DNA of 64,000 nucleotides from Eledone cirrhosa (Eukaryota): NCBI GenBank assembly GCA_964016885.1, contig OZ024742.1, positions 14,756,001 to 14,820,000 of the forward strand, read 5' to 3'. Shown piece by piece: positions 53,641 to 64,000 of this stretch (position 1 is its first letter; each line of letters starts with the position of its first letter). The notes under the pieces were generated by a model. It saw only the letters and a program-made list of their open reading frames with translations, ran no database searches and was not told where the DNA came from. The position numbers and the translations under genes were made by a program.

Positions 53641-56600
53641 GTTCTTTGAGTCTCAGTCATTGATGTTATTTAACTGGAAAGTTTGTTGAAATGAATATCA
53701 AGCCACTACCTGAAGCCTCAGACATTCAGGACGTATCGGAGGGTTCTTTCTATTCCCAGTAAGCATACCTTTCGAAGTGTTCCAAAAAGTGGGGCTGGAT
53801 TAATCTTCTTTAACCATCCTTGGAAACTCTTTGAGAGAGTACCTAGTGCACCTATGACAATCGGGACGACCTTGTCTTCATGGCAGTTCCAAATCCTTTT
53901 TAACTCTCACTTTAAATCCTGGTATCAGTTAATTTTCTCCCTCTCCTTTTCTTGCACTCTCATGTCAAATGGTCAGGCTGCATCTACAATCAGGCACAAT
54001 CTTTTTTCCTTGTCCAAAACCACCAGGTCAGGTCTATTGTGTTCCAGTTTCTTGTCCCTCTGTATCCTAAAATCCCACAGCACCTTCACCTGATCATGTT
54101 TTATCACCGACTCTGGCTTATGCTCATACCACTTCTCAGAATGTGGTAAAATGTTTACTTTGCATAGGTGCCAGTGGATCACTCTGCCCATCACATCATG
54201 TCTCCAGCCCTTATAGTGAGTCTGGGCTAGGTGTTTACACTCGGATACAATGTGAGCCACAGTCTCCTCTCTCTCTCCACAGATCCTACACAGTGGGCTA
54301 GCCTCCTCCTTGTAAATATGGTGTTTCAACCACTTCGTTTTGAGGGCCTGCTCTTGCGCAGCCATTAGCATTCCTTCTGTAGCCTTTTTAAGGTCTCTTC
54401 TTTTTAACCAGTTCCATGTCTGTGGATCTCTGAATTCAGTTTTCTTAAAGAAGGTACTATGAAGGGATTTTTCATGAAGGCTGCTCTTCCTCCTTGTTGT
54501 TATTTCCTCCTTGGACATCCCTGGTCTGTTGTCTTCTCCTTCAGTACAATTTTGAGCATTGGCTCCCTACTGTCAGCCACATATTTGTACAGGCTGTTTT
54601 TCTCCATCTGAACACAGTCCTCTATGCTGATAAGACCTCTTCCACCTTCAGATCTCTTTAAGTAATATTGTAGATAGTCAATAGCTTCCTAGTCTTCCTA
54701 TCCATTTCTTTTTGTTCAGCAACATTCCATTTCAGAATTCCCGCACTGTACCTAATAATAGACACAGCTCGGGAATTTACTGCACTTATGACATTCCTAC
54801 TATTTAGATGTGATTTTAGTATGTTCCTTACTCTCCTTATGTATTCAGATCTTATCAATTCCTTCATTTTTTTGTTCTTGATGTCATGTGCCTCCAGAAC
54901 ACCTAAATACTTGTATCCCTCTTCAGTGTCAATTTCGTTTATCATCTCACCTGTTGGTACCTGGATTCCATTGCTTCTGCTCAATTTACCCCTCCTCATC
55001 ACAATGACTCCACACTTACTAATACCAAATTCCATACATATATCATTGCTGAAAATACGGACAGTGTCAACAAGTACATCCAATTCCTTCTCACTCTTCC
55101 CAAAGAGTTTAAGATCGTCCATGAAGAGGAGCTGGTTGATGGTAAGCCCTCTTCATCCCAACTTGTATCCTGCTCTCACTTTTCGCAATATGACATACAG
55201 GGGTATCAGGGCAAGGACAAACAACAGAGGGGACAAACTATCTCCCTGGAAGATACTTCTCTTGATCTTCACGCCTCCCAAGGATTCTCCACCTGATATT
55301 AACTCTGTTTCCCAGGAGTTCATACTTTTACTTAATAGCTGTCTGATGTTATCTGCCACCTCGAAGATCTCTAGGCTTTTGGTTATCCAAGAATGAGGTA
55401 CCATGTTGAATGCCTTTTTGTAATCTATCCATCCCATGCCAAGACCAGTATGCCTCCTCTTGCAATTCCTCATTACCATCTTATCAATAAGTAACTGGTC
55501 TTTTGTACCACGGGACTTCTTTCAGCATCCTTTCTGTTCGTCCAGTAACAAGTTGTTTATGTGGAGGTGATAGTAGATTTCCTCAGACACAATGCTTGTT
55601 AACAGTTTCCACATTATGGACAGACATGTGATAGGCCTATAGTTGGTAACATCATTACCCTTGATTCGGTCTTTCATTACCAGAACTGTTGTACCTTTTG
55701 TCAACCACTCTGGTACTTCACCCGACATCAAGCAGTTTTGAGTGGAGGGATGTTATATTTTTAATCCAATACCTTTGCACACCATCTGGGCCTGGTGATT
55801 TCCAGTTGGTTAGTTTTGGGGGCTGCCCTTTAAGAATTTCAACTGTGATACTCAAATCAGGTTGTTGGTGTGCTTCTTCACTAATCTCCTTTTGAACTGT
55901 GTCAATCCACATTGCCTGACCATTATGTTCAACATCCTGCTCGCACTTTCCTCTCCAGAATGTCTTAGTCTGTTCTGCCTCAGGGATCACGTCGTTGCCT
56001 CTTTCTTTCTCTTCAAGCTGTTCAAACATCTTCTGGTTGTTGTCAAACATGCGGTTCTATCTATACTGACTAACTCTGTTCTCATACCGCCTAATCTTTG
56101 CACTTTTTGCTACAATGCATTGCTTCAGTTCCTCTATGATAATATTTAGCTCTTTTCCCCTAGTTTTGTGTTTTATTTTCAATCTATCTTTAGTGTCTAT
56201 GTTTTGTTATGTCCCATTCAGTAAAGACTTAAGCTTTCCAATGTCTTTTCTCATTTCCTTGATTTGACCATTCAGTCGTTTCTTCCACCAAGGTTCTGAT
56301 CTTTCTTGTTTGTTGTTTCCTCTCGTTTTTATACCAAGTAATTTCTTCACCAGATTTGCGGTTGCTTTGAGGATATTTTTGCATTGGTGAAGGTTCCTCG
56401 CCTCAAGGTATGGGATTACCTTGTTTATCTTAGCTGTTGTTTCTTTTAACTTTTTTCTGTCTACAAATCTTAGGTTCATAGATTTTCCACTATCATTGTT
56501 CATTTCATCTACCAAATCTTGCCCTAGCCTATCAGCATTCATTTCCTCAATGGCCGTATCTTTGTTCCAGGTGTTATTTATTTCAGCATTCAGATCATTG

Positions 56601-57145
56601 TCTGCTTCGGATGCTTCCTCCGTTCTCTCAACCTCTTCTCCTTCATCTCCCACTGGCTCGTTTGCCTGGCATACTCCACTCTCCATTTCCAACTTAATCT
56701 CTCTGCTCAGTTCCTCCAGTTCCAGCTCGCTTATCCATCCATTAGTTCTTATTACCCAAGCCTGCCCGGCCAATTTTTGTTCACCTAATTTAAATAGACC
56801 AATCTCGTTCCAGATGTTATGCATCCATTTCCTATAGCCTTTTTCCTTGGGGTTATTCTTCAGGTAACATCATGACAGGTCTATTCAATTCTTTCGTCCA
56901 GTTGTTTCTTGTCCCTTTCCTTCTTCTTCCTCCAACACCAGCAGTATTTGGATGACAGCCAGGTCCCTGCTGCTGTGCCAGGGAACACTTGCTCGGTGAG
57001 AGTCTTTCACATGACATTCCAGTATCCCTTTCATCGTTATTCGAACTGTTTAGGTTCGACATTTAAACACTCATATCGAGGATTAGTGAATTTATGGTTA
57101 CATCACCACCGGTGTTTTTAGCGTGGCACCATCATGTTGTAGACG
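53641..57145 (-). mobile_element. Near full-length degenerate R4/Dong-like RLE retrotransposon (family A)
   Basis: N-terminal WTKELN...EQKLAGQ; [47 protein letters not shown]; (TAA)n tail; many stops and frameshifts. Confidence 0.9.
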
Positions 57146-57449
57146 AAAATAAATAAATAAATAAATGAACAAAAACATTTTTTTAAATAATAATAATTAT
57201 TATTATTATTGTTATTATTGTTATTGTCGTTATTATGTTTTTTTCGTGCAATGGCCATACTCGCTAACGAGGGGGCAACCATCATATATATGCATATATG
57301 CATGTATGTATATATGCATGTATGTATATGTATGTATGCATATATATATATATATATATATATGCATGTATGTATATGTACGTATGAGAGTATTGATTCT
57401 TACTTTCCATATATATACATTCCATATACATACATACACACATATGTAC

Positions 57450-57961
57450 ATGTGTGTGTGTGTGTGTGTGAGTTAATGTGTATATATGTTGGTGTGTGTG
57501 TGTGTGTGAGGTAATGTGTATATATGTTGGTGTGTGTGTGTGTGAGCTAATGTGTATATATGTTGGTGTGTGTGTGTGTGTGTGAGTTAATGTGTATATA
57601 TGTTGGTGTGTGTATGTGTGTGTGAGTTAATGTGTATATTTGTTGGTGTGTGTGTGTGATTTAATGTGTATATATGTTGGTGTGTGTGTGTGAGAGTTAA
57701 TGTGTATATATGTTGGTGTGTGTGTGAGTTAATGTGTATATATGTTGGTGTGTGTGTGAGTTAATGTGTATATATGTTGGTGTGTGTGTGTGTGTGTGAG
57801 TTAATGCTAGCTTGGAAGATGAACATTAAACGATGATGATTATGATGATGATATGTTGGTGTGTGTGTGTGTGAGTAAGTTAATGTGTAATATATAGGTG
57901 TACGTGTGTGTGAGTTAACATGTAATATATAAGTATATGTGTGTGTGAGTGTGTATGTGAG
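57450..57961. repeat. ~30-40-bp compound tandem repeat GAGTTAATGTGTATATATGTTGG(TG)n
   Basis: Direct reading. Confidence 0.9.
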
Positions 57962-57965
57962 TTAA

Positions 57966-58192
57966 CCCTTTAGCATTTAAACCGGCCATATCCGGCCAGA
58001 GTTCTCTCACCGCTTTCTGTTCAAACTGGCTGTAACTGGCCACTTATACTGATGTTAAGGTATTGTTCTCAAAATAAATATCAAAATCTCATAGATTTGA
58101 TATTATGTGAGATACTATGTGAGATATTATGTGAGAAAGCCTTTACCACAAAAATATAACAGTAAATATAGAGTAATGTAAATGTTACAGGA
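57966..58192. mobile_element. piggyBac-like TTAA MITE (227 bp)
   Basis: TTAA at 57962-57965 and 58193-58196; imperfect TIRs CCCTTTAGCATTTA / TAAATGTTACAGGA. Confidence 0.7.
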
Positions 58193-61100
58193 TTAAGATG
58201 TAATAGTATATATAGGTGTATGTGTGTGTGTAAGTTAAGATGTAATAGTATATATAGGTGTATGTGTGTGTGTAAGTTAAGATGTAATAGTATATATAGG
58301 TGTATGTGTGTGTGGAAGTTAAGATGTAATAATATATATAGGTGTATGTGTGTGTGTAAGTTAAGATGTAATAGTATATATAGGTGTATGTGTGTGTGTA
58401 AGTTAAGATGTAATAATATATATAGGTGTATGTGTGTGTGTAAGTTAAGATGTAATAGTATATATAGGTGTATTTGTGTGTGTAAGTTAAGATGTAATAA
58501 TATATATAGGTGTATGTGTGTGTAAGTTAAGATGTAATAATATATATAGGTGTATGTGTGTGTAAGTTAAGATGTAATAATATATATAGGTGTATGTGTG
58601 TGTAAGTTAAGATGTAATAGTATATATAGGTGTATGTGTGTGTGTAAGTTCAAATGTAATAGTATATATAGGTGTATGTGTGTGTAAGTTAAGATGTAAT
58701 AGTATATATAGGTGTATGTGTGTGTGTAAGTTAAGATGTAATAGTATATATAGGTGTATGTGTGTGTAAGTTAAGATGTAATAGTATATATAGGTGTATG
58801 TGTGTGTAAGTTAAGATGTAATAACATATATAGGTGTATGTGTGTGTGTAAGTTAAGATGTAATAGTATATATAGGTGTAAGTGTGTGTGTAAGTTAAGA
58901 TGTAATAATATATATAGGTGTATGTGTGTGTAAGTTAAGATGTAATAGTATATATAGGTGTGTGTGTGTAAGTTAAGATGTAATAGTATATATAGGTGTA
59001 TGTGTGTGTAAGTTAAGATGTAATAATATATAGGTGTATGTATGTGTGTAAGTTAAGATGTAATAGTATATATAGGTGTATGTGTGTGTGTAAGTTAAGA
59101 TGTAATAATATATATAGGTGTATGTGTGTGTGTAAGTTAAGATGGAATAATATATATAGGTGTATGTGTGTGGAAGTTAAGATGTAATAATATATATAGG
59201 TGTATGTGTGTGGAAGTAAAGATGTAATGATATATATAGGTGTATGTGTGTGTGTAAGTTAAGATGTAATAGTATATATAGGTGTATGTGTGTGTGTAAG
59301 TTAAGATGTAATAATATATATAGGTGTATGTGTGTGGAAGTTAAGATGTAATAATATATATAGGTGTATGTGTGTGTGTAAGTTAAGATGTAATAGTATA
59401 TATAGGTGTATGTGTGTGTGTAAGTTAAGATGTAATAGTATATATAGGTGTATGTGTGTGTAAGTTAAGATGTAATAGTATATATAGGTGTATGTGTGTG
59501 TAAGTTAAGATGTAATAACATATATAGGTGTATGTGTGTGTGTAAGTTAAGATGTAATAGTATATATAGGTGTAAGTGTGTGTGTAAGTTAAGATGTAAT
59601 AATATATATAGGTGTATGTGTGTGTGTAAGTTAAGATGTAATAGTATATATAGGTGTGTGTGTGTAAGTTAAGATGTAATAGTATATATAGGTGTATGTG
59701 TGTGTCAGTTAAGATGTAATAATATATATAGGTGTATGTATGTGTGTAAGTTAAGATGTAATAGTATATATAGGTGTATGTGTGTGTGTAAGTTAAGATG
59801 TAATAATATATATAGGTGTATGTGTGTGTGTAAGTTAAGATGTAATAATATATATAGGTGTATGTGTGTGGAAGTTAAGATGTAATAATATATATAGGTG
59901 TATGTGTGTGGAAGTAAAGATGTAAAAATATATATAGGTGTATGTGTGTGTGTAAGTTAAGATGTAATAGTATATATAGGTGTATGTGTGTGTGTAAGTT
60001 AAGATGTAATAATATATATAGGTGTATGTGTGTGGAAGTTAATATGTAATAATATATATAGGTGTATGTGTGTGTGTAAGTTAAGATGTAATAGTATATA
60101 TAGGTGTATGTGTGTGTGGAAGTTAAGATGTAATAATATATATAGGTGTATGTGTGTGTGTAAGTTAAGATGTAATAATATATATAGGTTGTATGTGTGT
60201 GGAAGTTAAGATGTAATAATATATATATAGGTGTATGTGTGTGTGTAAGTTAAGATGTAATAGTATATATAGGTGTATGTGTGTGTAAGTTAAGATGTAA
60301 TAATATATATAGGTGTATGTGTGTGGAAGTAAGATGTAATAGTATATATAGGTGTATGTGTGTGTGTAAGTTAAGATGTAATAATATATATATTGGTGTA
60401 TGTGTGTGTGTAAGTTAAGATGTAATAGTATATATAGGTGTATGTGTGTGTAAGTTAAGATGTAATAATAATATTTAGGTGTATGTGTGTGTGTAAGTTA
60501 AGATGTAATAGTATATATAGGTGTATGTGTGTGTAAGTTAAGATGTAATAATATATATAGGTGTATGTGTGTGTGTAAGTTAAGATGTAATTAGTATATA
60601 TAGGTGCATGTGTGTGTAAGTTAAGATGTAATAATATTATATAGGTGTATGTGTGTGTGTAAGTTAAGATGTAATAATATATATAGGTGTATGTGTGTGT
60701 GTAAGTTAAGATGTAATAATATATATAGGTGTATGTGTGTGTGTAAGTTAATATGTAATAGTATATATAGGTGTATGTGTGTGTAAGTTAAGATATAATA
60801 GTATATATAGGTGTATGTGTGTGTGTAAGTTAAGATGTAATAGTATATATAGGTGTATGTGTGTGTAAGTTAAGATGTAATAATATATATAGGTGTATGT
60901 GTGTGTGTAAGTTAAGATGTAATAGTATATATAGGTGTATGTTGTGTGTAAGTTAAGATGTAATAGTATATATAGGTGTATGTGTGTGTGTAAGTTAAGA
61001 TGTAATAATATATATAGGTGTATGTGTGTGTGTAAGTTAAGATGTAATAATATATATAGGTGTATGTGTGTGGAAGTTAAGATGTAATAATATATATAGG

Positions 61101-64000
61101 TGTATGTGTGTGTGTAAGTTAAGATGTTATAAGTATATATAGGTGTATGTGTGTGTGTAAGTTAAGATGTAATAGTATATATAGGTGTATGTGTGTGTGG
61201 AAGTTAAGATGTAATAATATATATAGGTGTATGTGTGTGTGTAAGTTAAGATGTAATAATATATATAGGTGTATGTGTTGTGTAAGTTAAGATGTAATAA
61301 TATATATAGGTGTATGTGTGTGTGTAAGTTAAGATGTATACTATATATGTATATAGGTGTATGTTGTGTGTGTAAGTTAAGATGTAATAGTATATATAGG
61401 TGTATGTGTGTGTAAGTTAAGATGTAATAGTATATATAGGTGTATGTGTGTGTGTAAGTTAAGATGTAATAGTATATATAGGTGTATGTGTGTGTGTAAG
61501 TTAAGATGTATATAATATATATAGGTGTATGTGTGTGTGTAAGTTAAGATGTAATAATATATATAGGTGTATGTGTGTGTAAGTTAAGATGTAATAATAT
61601 ATATAGGTGTATGTGTGTGTGTAAGTTAAGATGTTATAATATATATAGGTGTATGTGTGTGTGTAAGTTAAGATGTAATAGTATATATAGGTGTATTGTG
61701 TGTGTAAGTTAAGATGTAATTAGTATATATAGGTGTATGTGTGTGTAAGTTAAGATGTAATAGTATATATAGGTGTATGTGTGTGTGTAAGTTAAGATGT
61801 AATAATATATATAGGTGTAGTGTGTGTGGAAGTTAAGATGTAATAATATATATAGGTGTATGTGTGTGTGTAAGTTAAGATGTAATAGTATATATAGAGT
61901 ATGTAGTGTGTGTGGAGTTAAGATGTAATAATATATATAGGTGTATGTGTGTGTGTAAGTTAAGATGTAATATTATATATAGGTGTATGTGTGTGTAAGT
62001 TAAGATGTAATAATATATATAGGTGTATGTGTGTGTGTAAGTTAAGATGTAATAGTATATATAGGTGTATGTGTGTGTGTAAGTTAAGATGTAATAATAT
62101 ATATAGGTGTATGTGTGTGTGTAAGTTAAGATGAAATAGTATATATAGGTGTATGTGTGTGTGTAAGTTAAGATGTAATAATATATATAGGTGTATGTGT
62201 GTGTGTAAGTTAAGATGTAATAGTATATATAGGCTGTATGTGTGTGTGTAAGTTAAGATGTAATAATATATATAGGTGTATGTGTGTGTGTAAGTTAAGA
62301 TGTAATAAGTATATATAGGTGTAGTGTGTGTGTAAAGTTAAGATGTAATAATATATATAGGTGTATGTGTGTGTGTAAGTTAAGATGTAATAATATATAT
62401 AGGTGTATGTGTGTGTAAGTTAAGATGTAATTAATATATATAGGTGTATGTGTGTGTGTAAGTTAAGATGTAATAATATATATTAGGTGTATGTGTGTGT
62501 AGTAAGTTAAGATGTAATAATATATATAGGTGTATGTGTGTGTGTAAGTTAAGATGTAATAATATATATAGGTGTATGTGTGTGTGTAAGTTAAGATGTA
62601 ATAGTATATATAGGTGTATGTGTGTGTAAAGTTAAGATGTAATAATATATATAGGTGTATGTGTGTGTGTAAGTTAAGATGTAATAGTATATATAGGTGT
62701 ATGTGTGTGTAAGTTAAGATGTAATAATATATATAGGTGTATGTGTGTGTGTAAGTTAAGATGTAATAATATATATAGGTGTATGTGTGTGTGTAAGTTA
62801 AGATGTAATAATATATATAGGTGTATGTGTGTGTGTAAGTTAATATGTAATAGTATATATAGGTGTAATGTGTGTGTAAGTTAAGATATAATAGTATATA
62901 TAGGTGTATGTGTGTGTGTAAGTTAAGATGTAATAGTATATATAGTGTATGTGTGTGTAAGTTAAGATGTAATAATATATATAGGTGTATGTGTGTGTGT
63001 AAGTTAAGATGTAATAGTATATATAGATGTATGTGTGTGTAAGTTAAGATGTAATAAGTATATATAGGTGTATGTGTGTGTGTAAGTTAAGATGTAATAA
63101 TATATATAGGTGTATGTGTGTGTGTAAGTTAAGATGTAATAATATATATAGGTGTATGTGTGTAGAAGTTAAGATGTAATAATATATATATAGGTGTATG
63201 TGTGTGTGTAAGTTAAGATGTAATAGTATATATAGCTGTATGTGTGTGTGGAAGTTAAGATGTAATAATATATATAGGTGTATGTGTGTGTGTAAGTTAA
63301 GATGTAATAATTATATATAGGTGTATGTGTGTGTGTAAGTAAGATGTTATAATATATATAGGTGTATGTGTGTGTGTAAGTTAAGATGTAATAGTATATA
63401 TAGGTGTATGTGTTGTGTGTAAGTTAAGATCGTAATAATATATATAGGTGTATGTGTGTGGAAGTTAAGATGTAATAATATATATAGGTGTGTGTGTGTG
63501 TGTAAGTTAAGATGTAATAGTATATATAGGTGTATGTGTGTGTGTAAGTTAAGATGTAATAGTATATATAGGTGTATGTGTGTGTAAGTTAAGATGTAAT
63601 AGTATATATAGGTGTATGTGTGTGTAAGTTAAGATGTAATAACATATTAGGTGGTATGTGTGTGTGTAAGTTAAGATGTAATAGTATATATAGGTGTAAG
63701 TGTGTGTGTAAGTTAAGATGTAATAATATATATAGGTGTAAGTGTGTTGTGTAAGTTAAGATGTAATAGTATATATAGGTGTGTGTGTGTAAGTTAAGAT
63801 GTAATAGTATATATAGGTGTATGTGTGTGTCAGTTAAGATGTAATAATATATATAGGTGTATGTATGTGTGTAAGTTAAGATGTAATAGTATATATAGGT
63901 GTATGTGTGTGTGTAAGTTAAGATGTAATAATATATATAGGTGTATGTGTGTGTGTAAGTTAAGATGTAATAATATATATAGGTGTATGTGTGTGGAAGT
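58193..64000. repeat. 40/42-bp satellite TAAGTTAAGATGTAATA(G/A)TATATATAGGTGTATGTGTGTG(TG), running off the window end
   Basis: Direct reading; about 140 units over 5.8 kb. Confidence 0.98.

Noticed and set aside
58220-59885. Cys-rich ORFs (MCVCKLRCNSIYRC)n resembling metallothionein
   Set aside because: These are translations of the 42-bp satellite; 40-bp units break the frame.
58193-64000. CRISPR-like array
   Set aside because: Contiguous tandem units with no unique spacers, no cas genes, and a eukaryotic context.

Overview
Eukaryotic, repeat-dense DNA. The SINE, RTE and microsatellite content resembles coleoid cephalopod (octopus-like) genomes; this is an inference, not a database result. 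Most of the window is transposon debris: two head-to-tail Tx1/L1-clade LINEs in (TTA)n, one with an intact 1139-aa ORF2; R4/Dong-like RLE retrotransposons tied to (TAA)n and (CATA)n; degenerate RTE LINEs; tRNA-derived SINEs; a DD37D (maT) transposon in two inverted copies; a mariner relic; a TTAA MITE; Penelope-type hammerhead and fold-back remnants; a 10-bp minisatellite; and a 5.8-kb 40/42-bp satellite. Hidden in this debris is a convergent pair of paralogous spliced genes for small secreted cysteine-rich peptides. Gene A is on + (exons 251-446 and 19177-19219) and gene B is on - (exons 48322-48124 and 39501-39459). They share a 100% identical upstream region, signal peptide and KR site, and a common framework C-x6-C-x5-C-x6-C-x-C-x9/10-C-x12-CC, but the inter-cysteine residues are hypervariable. 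This is a toxin-like or EGF-like precursor architecture. Terminal exons are not securely resolved. All alignments were read by eye.
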